64,000 nucleotides of DNA from Chiloscyllium plagiosum (lineage: Eukaryota), in assembly GCF_004010195.1 (NCBI RefSeq), contig NC_057718.1, positions 8,414,494-8,478,493 on the forward strand, given 5' to 3'. A program made the position numbers and the translations under genes. Positions 25,031-39,745 of the stretch are shown in pieces. Position 1 is the stretch's first letter. Each line of letters starts with the position of its first letter. The notes beneath the pieces are model-generated. The model was not told where the DNA came from and did no database searches. It saw nothing but the letters and a program-made list of their open reading frames with translations.

Positions 25031-26019
25031 AGGGAATCAAGCATTATGGAGATAAGGCAGTTGAGAATTAGCAGATCAGCCATGATCTCATTAAAAGGTG
25101 GAATAAAGTCAATGGGCCAAATAGCCTACTTCTGCAGCTACATCTTATGGTCCTGTGGAAAGTATTTGCCATCATGAAGATGTCAACATGCCTGTTAATT
25201 AACTCACACGCAGGGCAGTAAATTTTGAAAATTGGTTTTCCTCTTCTGTTAGGGGTGAGGATGGCCTTTGTTTGCTTCCGGGAAGATTGGGCCTGAGGTG
25301 ACAACACTCCAGCCTCTGACAGACCTACCTCCCAATGTTGCTTGCAAGCTAGCTCCTGTGCACATTCCAATATCCAGCAATCCTTATAAGACAGATTGTG
25401 ACTGATGGGTTGGTCAATGGCAAACTAATATTGTTATATTCTGGAACAAGTTAGCAAGTGGAAACTGGCTTTTTCTCTGGGAGTTTGAGTTAAGTATGCA
25501 GTCTACTTGTGAGGCATGCTGTCTGCACTTCCAGCAGTAAGACTAATGGGTTTTCATCATCTGCGGTTTAATTTTCTGGCAGTAATCTTCTTGACATTAA
25601 AGTGACAGCAAATTTAATAGTGAATAAACCATCCTCCTGGTCTAACACCTAACCAAAATTTCATTCACTTAATTATGTCATTACAACAATTGTTACCACA
25701 CATGGTTGGACATTAAAATGATGTAATGCATCCTTTAAACCCTCTCACCATGCAGTTTATGTCACAGGCAGAAAACGCAGCTCACGATTTTATGAAAAAC
25801 ACTTACGTCAACTCCTTTCTTTGAAGAGGATGTTTTCCTCTGTTAAGGGCCAATATATTTTAACAAATTGCCATCTAAAGGTAGGTGTCATCTTAGGTCT
25901 TTCACTCGACTGCAAACATAGAGAATGGAAGCAGTTACATTGGATCCAGAAGTCATCTTCAATGGAATAAAGTGACTCTATCCTGTCACTTGTGTGTAAA
26001 AACGCAGGCCGGGTACTCC

Positions 26020-26165
26020 ACCACAGTCCTGAATGAGTGCCACACTGTTGCAGGTGCCACTGTTCAGAGGAGATGTTAGATGTCTGACCTCTCAGTAAAG
26101 AGCAAGTGAGGAACTCCCAATGTCCTGATTAATGTTTATCTCTCAATCAACTTCATAAAAAAACC
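26020..26165 (+). mobile_element. Degraded DeuSINE-like (SacSINE1/AmnSINE-type) fragment; similar pieces near 20110-20270 and 30610-31250
   Basis: Resembles the Deu domain as recalled (..GAGGTGCCGTCTTTCGGATGAGACGTTAAAC..GTCCTGGCCAATATTTATCCCTCAA). Confidence 0.5.
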
Positions 26166-26419
26166 CAGCAGTCATTGTAAAAGAACAAAGCACAGTACAG
26201 AACAGGAAGAGGCAAAGACAGCACAGTACTTTCTGAACTAAAAACCTGTTGCCTCTATGCGGTCCACCTTCCTCTATTCCCTTTTGAAGACTCAAAATGT
26301 TAGCTTACTCTCTCTCCATTGCTACTGCCTGACCCACTGTGCTCTCTAAGATATTTTGTTTTCAGTACAGATTCCAGCATTTGCAGAAATTTACTCTCTC
26401 TATATCCTGTCTATTCATA

Positions 26420-27690
26420 AACACAAAGAACAAAGAACAAATAAAATATACAGCCCAGGAACAGGCTTTTCCGCCATCGAAGCCTGTGCTAATCTAAATC
26501 TACTGTCTAAACTTGTTGCCCAATTCCTAAGCATCTGTATCCCTCTGCTCCCCACCTACTCATGCATCTATCTAGACACACCTTAAATGCATCTACCGTA
26601 CCTGCATCTACCACCTCTGCTAGCAATGCATTCCAGGCACCTACTGCCCTCTGTGTGAAGTACTTTCCATGTGTATCCCCCTTAACCTTTTATCCTCTCA
26701 CCTTGAACATGTGACCTCTCGTTATTGAATCCCTCACCTTGGGAAAAAGCTTATCTCTATCTACCCTGTCTATACCCTTCATGACTTTGTAGACCTGAAT
26801 CAGATCCCCCCTCAATCTCCTACTCAAACTCTCTTTGTAGCTAGCACCTTCCATACCAGGGAACATCCTCTTAAACCTTCTCTGCACCCTTTCCAAAGCG
26901 TCCACATCCTTTTGATAATGCGGTGACCAGAACTGTATACAATATTCTAAATGCAGCCGAACCAATGTCTTGTACAATTTTAACATGACCTGCAAGCTCT
27001 TATACTCAATACCCCGTCCGATGAAGGCAAGCATACCATATGCCTTCTTGACCACTCTATCAACTTGTGCAGCCACCTTCAGGGTACAATGGACCTGAAC
27101 TCCCAGATCTCTCTGCCCATCAACTTTTCCCAAGGCTCTTCTGTTTACAGTATAGTTCGCTCTAGAATTAGACTTCCCAAAATGCATCACCTCACATTTG
27201 CCCGCATCGAACGCCATTTGCCACTTCTCTGCCCAACTTTCCAGTCTTTTCATAATCTCTTGTATTCTTTGACAGTCCTCTATGCTTTCTGTTATTCCAC
27301 CAATCTTTGTGTCATCTACAAACTTACTGATCAGACCACCAATGCCCTCTTCCAGATTTTTTATGTATATCACAAACAGCAGTGACCACAGAACTGATCC
27401 CTGTGGAACACCATTGGTTGCCTTTCTCCATTTTGAGAAACTCTCTTCAACTACTACTCTCTGTCTCCTGTTGCTCAACCAGTTCTTTATCCTCCTAGCT
27501 AGAAATCATGTGACTTCACTTTCTCCATTAGTTTACCATGGGGAACCTTATCAAATATCTTGCTAAAGTCCATGTATATGACATCTACAGCCCTTCCTTC
27601 ATTTAACAACTTGGTCACTTCCTCAAAGAACTCTATTCAGTTGGTAAGGCACGATCTCCCCCTGCACAAAATCATGTTGCCTATCACTGA
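26420..27690 (-). mobile_element. CR1 LINE RT fragment
   Basis: 262-aa ORF with GVPQGSVL, KFVDDTKI and LVRLHLEYCIQFWSP. Confidence 0.93.
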
Positions 27691-27787
27691 TATCTGGGAG
27701 AAAATGAGTTCTGCAGTTGCTGAAGATCAGAGTTGAGAGTGTTGCTGGAGAAACACAGCAGGTCAGGCAGCGTCCGAGGTGCAGGAG

Positions 27788-27822
27788 AATCGACGTTTCA
27801 GGCCAGAGCCTTTCATCAGGAA
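27788..27822 (-). ncRNA. Minimal hammerhead ribozyme motif (family A)
   Basis: ttc-CTGATGA-a-aggc-tctg-gcct-GAAAC-GTC-ga; stem II shows a compensatory change. Confidence 0.65.
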
Positions 27823-30800
27823 TTTCTATTCTCTTGCTCTTTCGATGCTGCCTGATCTGCTGTGCTTTCCCAGCAACACACACTCGACACTTATCACTGA
27901 TATCTGTCAAGATGTCTTTTAAATGTTGTTATTGCAGCCACCTCCACTGGCAGAGCATTCCAGGAACTTACTAACCTCTGTGTAAAAAAAGTGCCTTTCA
28001 CATCTCTCTTAAACTCACCCCTTTTACTATGAACTGATGTCTTCTGGTAATTGACATCTCTACTTTGGAAAAAAGACTCCCTGCCCTGATCTACTGCAGG
28101 CCTTTTGTAATGTTTGTCTTTTTAATTTTATTTCTCATTTTTCTAGCTTATGCTATGAATAATGTTAAGGTAATGTTACTTTTCTCTTTATTTCTCTGAT
28201 ATTTATCTCAAATTTGTACCTCAGTTCTTTGAACCTAAGATGGTTCCATGTTGCGTGACATTATAAACATTTCCCTCTGCTGCTGTACTTGAGTACTCGT
28301 GACAATAACGGATATTCTATTCTGTTCAAAGTATTTCAACTTGATCATTGCAATATTTGTTAGAAAATTCAACTTAACATCATGTTCCTTTTGATACAAT
28401 TGTAATAGATTCAATATGTATGCAATACATTCCACGTTAGGTATACAGCCCACAGGCAAAACTGTTTCCAATTTGAAATAACAGAAAGTGTCACACTCTG
28501 ATGTGCCAAAATATATTTGCAATTCTGTTGATTTGTAATGTACATTTTTTTGTAAGGCACACAGCCCAAGGAAGTTATTGATAGAATCGTCGGCCAGGTC
28601 TTATTTGTGGACCTGTCTCAGGACAAACGACAACAAGGTGGTCAGTGCAAATGATTGTTGGATGCTCTAAATAAGAAGCTTCCTAACATCTTTGTCACAG
28701 ACCACCTCTGTCCTGGGAGAACCCTGCAGTTTTCTGTCCAACTGGAGGCAAACCCTGAAGCATGGTTCATAGATCATCTCCAAACCAAACCTCTCTAATG
28801 TACCCAAGGGAAGGCCAGAGGTAGTTCAGCTGCTGAAACCTTCCAACACATCAACAAGAAGAATGAGAACAGTATGTCCTTGATGATCCAGCGTCAGATT
28901 CTTCATTCACAAGAGGACTCATAAAAGACATCGATATCATTCACATCTTGAACTCAGATGAAAAGTGTGGTGCTGGAAAAGCACAGCAGGTCAGGCAGCA
29001 TCCGAGGAGCAAGAGAGTTGACATTTCAGGCATAAGCCCACCATCAGGAATGACATTTTGACACTTTTTAACTCTGACCTCCAGCATCTGCAGTCCTCAC
29101 CTTCTCCTACAGCTTGAGCTCACTCAAACAGTAAGAAATCCATTGAAGTGCTCCTGCGGGGTCCTGTATTTAGCATGAGGTTGTACAGCATCGAATTGGA
29201 TACAGGCGTAATCCCGGCTGCAAGTGGGAGTGTTATATACGGTTGGCATATGGACACATGTCCATTATTCTCTTACAATAGTCGATACCTTACATTGGTG
29301 GAACTGTTTACAATTTGAAGATTGGAAGATTGAACACTTTGGGTCCCTTTGCATCCTGAAGAAAGAAGACTGAGGGGTTATGGAGGATTTTAACATGATG
29401 AAAGGTTTTTATGGAGTGGTTATAGAGAGAACATTTCATTTCATGGGAAAACATGAGACCATTGATATAAGATTTTCACTGAGAAATTCAGGAGGCAAAT
29501 TCAGAAGAGTCAATGTTATTTAAAGAGAGCTGAAACTATGAAGCTGACTATTACAGGAAGTGCGTGAACCAAACAATATGGTTACAGTTTTTGGGAAGGT
29601 AGACGGATATATGAGGGGGAAAAGAAATAGAGACTTAGAATAGTTTAAATGAGGAATGATGGAAGATTACTAAATGGATTATAACATGGATGACTTGGAC
29701 TGACTGGCCCATATTGTGCTGCACTCCTCTGTAATCATCTTTGTGCATGAGACTAATATCCGTGCAACACTTAGGAGCTTGGATAAGAAAAGGTGACATT
29801 GTTAGCTCTAACACAATGGAGAGAAAGAACAGCCATCTAGTAGATGACATCAGTGTTAGATAAATTCAGGGAAATACATGTGGATGGGGACTAATGCTAA
29901 GCAGGTATACCAAGTCTCAAGGGACTAAGTGGCCTCTCCAGTTCTTACATTCCCCATTCCAAACTTGTATTCCTTTTCTCTAGCATTACATACTCTTCAA
30001 TAATTAAAAAAAACTTTGATTCATAAAAGTTATCAAGTGTGGACAGAAAGCTGTATCCTCTTGAGCTATTGATTTTACTTTTCTCTAGCTTATTCAGCAA
30101 ACTTTCAACATCAATTTCGCTATTTCAAGCTCCTATTTATAAGCTTTCAACTCCTCAGGTTTTTACTGTCTGTCCTTTGCAGTGAGTGTACTGACTTTTG
30201 CAATTTTCTCATGCTGCGGGGCAGGTATGGTGTGTGATACACAGGCTAAAGGAACTGACTTGAGCTTTGTTGAATCATGCTATAGAATTGTAAAATGATG
30301 TGGAATCAAATGAGACCATGCAGCCCCTCTTGCCTATGCTAGCCCTTTTATACAGCTGTCCAGATAGCTGAAGCCAGGTCAGGCTTTCACATGTCGAGAG
30401 TGTGGTGCTAGAAAAGCAGAGCAGGTCAGGCAGCATCGGAGGAGCAGGCAAATCAACATTTCAGGCATAAGCCCTTCATCAGTAATCATGCCCAAAACAT
30501 GGAATCTCATGCTCCTCGGATGCTGCCTGACCTACTGTGCTTTTCCAGCACCACACTCTCGAATCTGATCTCCAGAGTCTGCAGTCCTGACTTTCTCCCA
30601 GGTTTTCCTATGTGTATGTGAAAGCTCCCATGATGATATTTCGAGGAAGACCAAGTGAATTATGTCTGGTGTAAAAAACTTTGCTTTTTGGAAACAGTGA
30701 GTGGAGCATTTGATTAGTCATGCAGCTTTAGTGTTTCAATTCTTTCACCACATCTGATGTTTGAAGTTCTGATGAAAGGCCAGCATCTGAAATGTTCATT

Positions 30801-33334
30801 CTGTTTGTCTCTCCATCAGATCTGCTGAATATTCCCAATATTTTTGATTTTATTGTAGGTTTCCAGAATCCACTGTTTTTCCTTTGTTGCCTTTTGTGTT
30901 TGAATTTCTCTTGCTGTCCCAGTCAACATTTATCCCTCAGCTGACATCTCTCAAACCGACTGCCCGATCATTAACAGAAGTTGCTGGAAAAGCTCAGCAG
31001 GTCTCGCAGAAGTTAGAGAAGTGAAGAGAGACCAGAGTTAATGCTCCGGTTACTCCTCCTCCAGACCCGAAACGTTAACTCTGATTTCTCTCTACAGGTG
31101 CTGCCAGACATGCTGAGGTTTCCCAGCTATTTCTGTTTTCGTTCTGATTTACAGCATCTGCAATTCTTTGAGTTTTTTATCCAATCATTATCACATTTCT
31201 GTTGATGGGAGTTTGCTATGCACAAACTAACTGGTTTGTTTTCTAGATTTCAAGATGGCTGGAATGCAAGAGCTGAGATGTACTGCTGAGGCTGTATAAG
31301 TTCTGATCAGACCACATTTGAAATATTGCGAGTAGTTTTGGGCCTCATATCTAAAGAAGTAAGCTTTGGGTCCAGAGGAGGTTTACAAGACTGATCCCAG
31401 GGATGAAGGGCTTGTTGTATGAGGAGCAGTTGAAGACGCTGAGCCTGTACTTGATGCAATTTAAAAGGATGAGATGGGAACTCATTGAAACTTACAGAAT
31501 ACTGAATCCGCTACGGAATTGGAAAGAGCTTCCATCACTCTCCAGTAACTATGTAAAATATAAAAGATCTTTTGCTTGTTTTCAGTTCTACTCTAATAGC
31601 GATATTGACTGAGATACAATGCCAATTAATAACTGCTCCATTTACTTTCCGTATCTACTTGTTAGACTTCAGCAGGTTGTGTCACTAATAAGGCTTAAGT
31701 CATGAATTGTACTGCATATAAAATGAATGCTGAAAAGCCTTAATTAATATCAAGTCATAGACATCTATAGCACATAAAAAGGCCCTTCAGCCCATCAAAT
31801 CCATACCAGTCAAAAATAACCACCTGAATATTGAAATCCTATTTTCCAGCATTACCAGTATGATGTTAAGAAGTCTCTAAGTTGCCTATTTTTAAAGTAT
31901 CAAATACAACTTTAGGAAAAAAACAGAGGAGCGAACTGAGATTGTAGTTGGGATATATATCTTGAATCTGGCCTTTGGTGAGATTAGCATTCATAGTAAA
32001 ACAAGTCAAAGCTGCGATATGGATTGGCTAAGGGAACTGCCTCATGCTAGAATTGCAAACATAACACTGAAATAAATCAGTTCAAAAGTAGAGTTACTGG
32101 ACTCAGAGTGTTAACTTGGATTTCTCTCCACAGATGCTGTCAGAACCTGCTGAGTTTTTCTAGCAAGTTCTGTAGTTGTTTTGAGGTTGAAATTAATGTT
32201 CGGTTGGTGAAAAGGTGCATTGTGTGTTGTTCTGATTGGACAAGATATAAATATAGAGGATGGGTGAATGTTAGGATGTTATAGGGAAGCTGTGTGAACT
32301 TTTTTTCCTATTGGCAAACTATTGAAAATATTTGGGTGAATATCCTTAGTTTTTTTTTGATGCAGGTGCTTTGAGCTGGATTAGAAACTGTAATATTTGC
32401 CCACAGAAAGGGTATATGATACACTCACCACAAAGTTGGGAGTTCCAAGTACTTTCCAGATAGTTGGCATTTGTGAGGGCATGTTTTAAGGAACTCTTTG
32501 AATGAGTCTTAGAATCCAGCATTTTAGCTGAAGATAATTGCTTTAAGGGAAAGTGAGCAATCTTTGTGAGAAAGCTTCTTCTAGCAGAGAGCACTCACTA
32601 AGCAACAGTGAAGTGTATTGCTGAAGAATGAAAGAAGTACTCAGCAAGTCACTTTGAAGTGTGCAAATCATGCCCACAGACATGAAGAGGTGTACAGATT
32701 GTTCTAAAACCTATACTTTATTTTTGTTTTAAAAATGGACTTTGTTGGACTTTACGATGGCTGCAGATCTCATGAATGCCAAGCTGACGAAAAGCTTCGC
32801 TAGTACATTCACAGCAGGTTAATCTCACAGGTGGAACTTTGCACTCATCATTGTTTCAATACATTCCAAAATAGCAAGACAATGAATTCACAGATCCACT
32901 GACTCTGAGCCTGGATCAATCACAAATAGACACGTTGAAACTCATTACACTGGCAGTGGTCCGAAAAGTCACTATCCATCTCCTAAAGTCTCAATGGATT
33001 ACGACCAGAGGGATGGATATTCACTTGCTGGACTAAATGATTCATCAATGGGCAAGGATCCGAAAAGCCTTGGTATTTTAATAGTGTACTTCTAAACCCT
33101 TGAGTCAGTCTGTAATAAAACCAGCAGCAGTAGGCAGGACTCTAGGTTAACAGCTAGACCAGACTAGAATCTTAAGCCTTGCATTTAACTGAAAAATCAG
33201 ACTTATTCCCTATCTCCAAATAAAACATTGCTGCAACATTTCCAACTTTAAGGGAGTTCTGCATTTTCAGTTTGCAGCCATCTGGACTGGCCTGAATTTT
33301 AGCTAGTGTGCGAAGAAACCTGGAGAGATTACAA

Positions 33335-33558
33335 TGAAATCAGCCAGCTGAACATCAGAGAATAAGAGTCCCTTGATCGGAGCTTGCTAATCTGTTCCAA
33401 TCAGGGAGCCCTGGCTGACAGACAAAAAGGTTGAGTGTCAGGGATACTGACACTCGGGTAGCTGACTCTGTGCGAGGCAGTAACTAGAGTGAAGACTGTT
33501 CATTAATAAATAAAGGGTGATTTGATGACAAGAAACCAGCTTCTGTAGAGTAATTCCA
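33335..33558 (+). mobile_element. Probable short solo LTR
   Basis: TGAAAT..ATTCCA termini, internal AATAAA near the 3' end, no matching target duplication. Confidence 0.45.
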
Positions 33559-34499
33559 GAAACCTCAAATAGGGCCCTAATATTCATATGACCTAATATT
33601 TGCACTTTTTGTTATTATATTAATTGACGGGAAACTCTGTTATTTCCAACAGCTTTGCTGCATCTTTGCTCTGCATTGGTGTGAGCAGGGCAGAGTTAGA
33701 GTCATAGGATTTTGAGGTAGAGGAGACTATTCAACTCATCATGTCTGTACTAGCTCCCAAAGAGCTACCCAGCTAGTCCCACCCTCTAGCCTTGTCTCTG
33801 TAGTCCTCTAATTTACGTATTCACCCTTTCTAATATACATCCAGCCCTCTTATGAAATCTCCTATGGAATCTGCCTCTCCCACTCTACCAGACAGCACAT
33901 TCCAAATCCTAACAACTTCTCTGAGTAAAGACTTGGAGGTGCTGGTGTTGGACAAAATTAAAAATAACACACCACCAGGCTATAGTCCAACAGGTTTATT
34001 TGGAAACACTAGCTTTCGAAGCGCTGCTGCTTCTAACTTAATATTGGGACACAGGCAGACCTCATTCTTTAGAGCATTGTCTATGCTGAGATGGCACCTA
34101 TTGTTAGAAAATTCTTGAAACTGTATTTTAAAAGAAGTTCTGAGATTTACTTATCAAAGAACAGAAACCAACACATCCCATTCTAAAAGATGAAAGACTT
34201 GATCTAAAATTGTTTAATGTATTATCATATCTCCATGACACTGTACTCATTTGGCTATACATTCTGTGTTTTATGATCCTATTCTCCACAACCACCAGAG
34301 GAAGAAGCAGTTCTTCAAAAGATAAAGTTTCTAAATAAACCTGCAGGACTATAACCAGGTGTTGTGTGATTTTTTAACTCTGAATAAAAGAAGTTTCTCC
34401 TCATCTCACGCTGAGCTTTGTTTCTAACGATCTTGAAGTTGTGACTGCTGGTTCCTGACATACCAACTAGTGGAATTAGATATTCTTCTTTATCCTAAA

Positions 34500-35085
34500 T
34501 CAGAAAAAGCAAGAGTCCCGACACTGATCCCTGGGGAAGAACACTTTTAGTGCATCTCCGATCCGAGAAATGCCCATTTATACCTACTCTCTGTTTCTAT
34601 CTTTTAGCTGACTTCTAAACCATGCTACCAAGGACCCATTCATCCCAAACATTTACAATTTGCTAAGCAACCTACCAACTGGCATCATATCAAACGATTT
34701 CTGAAAGTCCAACTATACAACATCCATAGCTCCACCCTCATTGACTGCCTATGTCACCTCATCGAAGAACTCAAACATGGCCTGCCCTTGACAAAGACAG
34801 GTCAACTGCCTTGTATTAACTCTTTTCTCTCTAAGCATATGTTTACCTTATCCTGTATTGTGGCCTCCATTAGATTTCCCATGACTGATGTTAAGCTGAC
34901 AGTCCTGTAGTTTCCTGGATTATCCTTTGCCCATTTCTTAAATAATGGGTCACATTTGCAATCCCGCCCCCTCCCCCCCCTCCCACCCCACCCCCCACCC
35001 CGTCCCCCTGGGACTAATGCTGTGTTCAGAGTAACCTGGAAAATTTTTGCCAATGCCTCTGTGATTTGTTCCCTTCTCTTCCTCA
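34500..35085 (-). mobile_element. Old CR1 RT fragment
   Basis: DNPGNYRTVSLTSVMG motif in ORF 34802-35212. Confidence 0.7.
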
Positions 35086-35503
35086 GTAATCTAGGGTTCT
35101 GAGGAAGGGCCTCTGGACCTGCAATGTAAACTCTGATTTCTCTCCTCATATGCTGCCGGATCTGCTGAGCTTTTCCAGCAACTTCTGGTTTGGTTAATCT
35201 TGATTCTCTCACTGATTAAAATCTATCTCTCTCAGCTTTGAATATAGTTAATGACTCAGCCTCGACATCCCTCTGTGGTAAAGCATTGAACAGATTCACA
35301 ACCTCCTGCAATTCTTCCTCATCTCTATCTTAATTGTGTGATCCCTTATTCTGAGATTATGCTCTCTGGTTCTAGACTCTCCCTCAGGGAGAAACAATCT
35401 CTCTGTATCTGCCCTGTTATATCCCCAAATATTCTTTCATGTTTAAATAAAGTCAAAAATCACACAACACCACGTTATAGTCCAACAGTTTTATTTGGAA
35501 ATA

Positions 35504-35804
35504 CAGGCAGAAGACTCTTTATCCGAACATCCAAAAACCGAAAAGCTCCGAAATCTTAAGGTTTATTTTGTGAATTGTTTTCTCATTAACAAGGTTGTTT
35601 GGCATACAAACAGTTAACACAAGTCGTAACTCAGATGTACTGTGGCCAAGCACCGACCATCCTGTTCTTCCTTAGAAGTCTGCTCCTCCGGTAAGAGTTT
35701 TAAAAATTTCACAATTAAACTGTCACTTATTCCGTAAACCGAAAAATTCTGAATTCCGAGAAACAGCTGGTCCTGAGCTTTTCGGATAAAGGATCGTCTA
35801 CCTG
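35504..35804. mobile_element. Tigger/pogo-like MITE
   Basis: TA-flanked, with imperfect TIRs CAGGCAGAAGACTCTTTATCCGAA / TTCGGATAAAGGATCGTCTACCTG; inserted in a Penelope terminus. Confidence 0.8.
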
Positions 35805-35949
35805 TACTAGCTTTTGGAACGCTGCTCCTTCATCAGGTAGCTGTGGAGCATGATCATAACGCACAGAATTTATAGCAATAGATCAGTGTCGTGCAAAGCG
35901 CCTGAGATGATAAATTGAGCATCCCATTTTAAAAGGTTGAAGACTTAAC

Positions 35950-36263
35950 AGCACGGGAAAGCATAGTGGCACAGTGGTCAGCACTGCTGCCTCACAGCGC
36001 CAGGGACCGGGGTTCAATTCCAACCTCAGGCAACTGTCTGTGTGGAGTTTTCACATTCTCCCCGTATCTGCATGGGTTTGCTCCAGTTTCCTCCCACAGT
36101 CCAAAGATGTGCAGGTTAGGTGAATTGGCCATGAGAAGTTGCCTGTAGTGTTAGGTGAAGGGGTAAATGTAGGGGAATGAGTCTGGGTGGGTTGTTCTTC
36201 AGAGGGTCGGTGTGGACTTGTTAGGCCGAAGGGCCTGTTTCCACACTGTAGGGAATCTAATCT
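35950..36263 (+). mobile_element. HE1-like SINE nested in a Penelope fold-back element
   Basis: A/B boxes and family core. Confidence 0.82.
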
Positions 36264-38214
36264 ACTCTAGATTTTTTCAATCTATCATATTGGTTTCATG
36301 CATGACATTGCGATGCTTTGCTATAACTTCTGTGTCTTATGATCTTGCTCCACAGCTACCTAATGAAGGGGCAGCGCTTTGAAAGCTCGTGCTTCCAAAT
36401 AAACCTGTTGGACTATAACCTGGTATTGCGAGATTTAAACTTTGTCCACCCAAGTCCAACGCTGGCACCTCCATGTCATGTTTAAATAAGGTCACCGCTC
36501 ATTCTTCTAAACTCCAATGTGTGCAGGTCCAACCTACTCAACCTCTCCTATAAGACTGTCCCTTCATACCTAATATTAGCTGTGTGAACCTTCTCTGGGC
36601 AGCCTCCAATATGCCTTTCCTTAGATGATGGACCCAAAACTGCTCACAAAAGTAAGAAGAGCCCAGAAATCCTAGAATCCATGAGAAGACAAACTAAACT
36701 ACAGTGAAATTGTACATCTGTATCTTCTTTTATTACCTTGATTACTGGAATATTAAATTTGAACTTTTGTTGTCCAATGAATCTTGTCAGCACTGAATTA
36801 GTGGATGTCCTCTTTGCAAATAAGGGTAACCCTTGGCAACAATATTCTCATTTTAGTTTAGGGTTTGGTACAGCATTCAAATTCCAGGACACAGATACAG
36901 ATTAACCTTCACCTTGCACACAACAAACATGGGAAAGAAAAGAATGCATCCAACTATCAGGCAGATTACCCATCGCTGCGAACGTTCTATGATTCAGACA
37001 ATTGTTTCAGAAAAGGCTTCCTTGTCAGAGCTTAGCTGCTCCAGTCATCATTGATTCCACAAATGGTGCCCATTAATGTTGAAACAAGTCTAGTGTATTT
37101 GAAGTGAAGAGCAATATTTTTGATTCAGCTCTGGAAATGCTTACGCACGTTGGATGTTGGTGATTTTAAAGTGCGAGGGTATCTGTTTTAAACTTGAACC
37201 CATTCAGTTCAGAAGATTTTTTTGAAAGGTTAGGTTCCAAACTGAAATGGACATTGAATCATTTCCTATGCCTGTCTTGTGCTTTAACACTAGTATCGCT
37301 CAAATAGCCATGCTGCTGGTCTTGTTATATTCCTTGCAGTTTCAGTTGTCTGCAGAGATGAGCTTTATTTCTCCCTCTTCCTCACTCCCTCCATCTTGAC
37401 TTTTGTTCCTCTTGATCTGTTCAATATCAGTTTCATTTCTATTTTGTTGATTGAAGTCTCTCTCTCTGTCTCTTCTGAATTCAATCTTCCTTTCACTTTC
37501 CATAACAATTAACCTTTCATATTTCCTTTTCTTTTATTTCCTAAAAGGTTCACAGAGCACAGAAAATTGTGTAACCAAGAAAATCTCACTTTCTCATTCT
37601 CTCTCACATGCAGAAGCAAAAACGCACATTCCCTCTGTGAAAGAAAATGTTGACATCAGCTACGTGACAATGAAATAATGCAAGCTGTTGACAGAAACTA
37701 CAAGGAGAAAAATAAAACTATTCCTCAGGATTGCTAACTGAGTGGTACAGAAGTATCCTGGAGTCAGACTGCACAGTCATAACTCATCTCACTGCTTCAA
37801 GAAAACATTTCAACTCCAACTCCAGCTTTTAGAAGTAACTGAGGCCTTCAAGTAAAGACGATAAATGAGGCACTAAATGGGACACAGAAAAACAAACTCA
37901 TGAAATACATGTGATTATATTATTATGAGATATTTTATGTTTGAAAATTTTGGTGGACTTTTTTGGTCATTAGAAATTTCAGTGACTAAGAGAAATATTA
38001 TTTATTGTTAGTGTTGAGAGAATTATGCAGAACCAGTAGATGGATTACTGTGTGACAATTTACTTTAGTTGACATTTGACAATGGAAGAATCTAAAACTG
38101 ACAAAAATAGTGATGACAAACACATTCTTGTTATGTCAGAGGTAGGTCTAGTACATTTACAGATTTTGAAAATATTTGGATATGTGGCCACGGTTGGTCA
38201 ACAAATGGACAGGT

Positions 38215-39155
38215 GTCAACCAAAAGGTTAGAATGCAAAATAATTAAGGCCCAGGGAGCAGGGGTAGTTTGTCAGCATAGCTGGAGAAATTGTTAATTAA
38301 TAGAAAGCAAGTACAAGTGAAAATCGAGCTATTTTTTAAGTTGACAAGTTGTGATCAACGCAGTGCTGCAATTTATCAGTGCTGTTTACAATCTATATTA
38401 ATGATTTTGGGAACGATTGCATTCAATTTTAGACTCCACATTACAGGACAGATGCAGAGGCTTTGAAGAGGGTGCAGAAGAGCTTTACCAGGATGCTGCC
38501 TAGATTAGGGGGTATGAGCTATAAGGAGAGGCTGGACAGACTTGGGTTTCTCTGGAGTGGTGGAGGCTGATAGCAGTTTATAACTTTATAAAAGATATAG
38601 ATAGGGTTGACAAAGAAAGAACAAAGAAAATTTACAGCCCAGGAACAGGCCCTTCGGCCCTCCAAGCTTGAGCCGATCCAAATCTACTATCTAAATCTGT
38701 TGTCTAATTCCTAAGCATCTGTATCCCTCTGCTCCCCATCTACTCATGCATCTGTCCAGATGCATCTTAAATGCATCTACCGTGTCTGCCTCTACCACCT
38801 CTGCTGGCAACGCATTCAAGACACCCTCCGCAGTCAGAACTTTTTTCCTAGAGTTGAAATGTCAAAAACCAGGGGCATGAATTTAAGGTGAAGGTGGGGG
38901 GTGGGGGGTGGAGGTTCAAAGGAGATGTGAGGGGCAAGGTTTTTACACAGAGAATGGTAGGTACCTGGAACACTCTGCTAGGGGTTGTGGTGGAGGCAGA
39001 TATGTTAGGGGCATTCAAGGGGCTTTGAGATAAGCACATAAATAAGCAAGGAATGAAGTGATATGAACCACGGATCAGTTTAACATGGCATCATGTTTGA
39101 CACAGCATCATGGGCCAAAGGGTTTGTTCCTGTGCTGTACTGTTCTTTGTTCTAT
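38215..39155 (+). mobile_element. Degraded CR1 with a nested antisense CR1 3' end (38613-38830)
   Basis: CR1 tail motifs; the nested piece is near-identical to 26425-26645. Confidence 0.75.
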
Positions 39156-39745
39156 AAGGTTGAGAGTAATGTCTCTAATTTGCTAAAGATGCGAGGGCTG
39201 TTATGGTGGAATGGTAGGGTTCCTACCATGGTAAGCCTGCATTCAAATACCACCAATTCCAAAAGAGATTAAAACCTCTCTGCAGAGTTGATTAGGAAAA
39301 TGTCAACAAGGCTAAATGGGAATGCAAGCTGTGAAGAGGATACAACGAGTCTGTAAAATGCACAGGCTGGCTATGTGAAATGCTAATGAGGTGGCAGTAG
39401 ATGGAGGATAATGTGGAAAACTGTAAGATTGCTGATGAATCGGAAAGCAGAATGCATTTTTAAAAGTTACAAAACTTTGAAATGCTGATATCAGAAAGAT
39501 CTCACACTCAAAGATCCACAACCCTCTCAGGCAGACAATTCCAATTGTTCAAAAATGTCTGACGGCAAATATTTTGCCTCATGTCTCTCTTAAATGTCCT
39601 AAAACTGTGCTCTGTGTTCTGTATTTTACAGCCAATGAAACCAATGTTTCAGTATCCATTGTGTTAGGTCCCTTCAGAAACTTAATGAAAACAAAAAGAA
39701 CTGCAAATGCTGTAAATCAGAAACAAAAACAGAAAATCTCAGCAG

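Noticed and set aside
28570..28930. Possible ancient RTE LINE 3' remnant
   Set aside because: Only faint motif resemblance; too degraded to call without an alignment.
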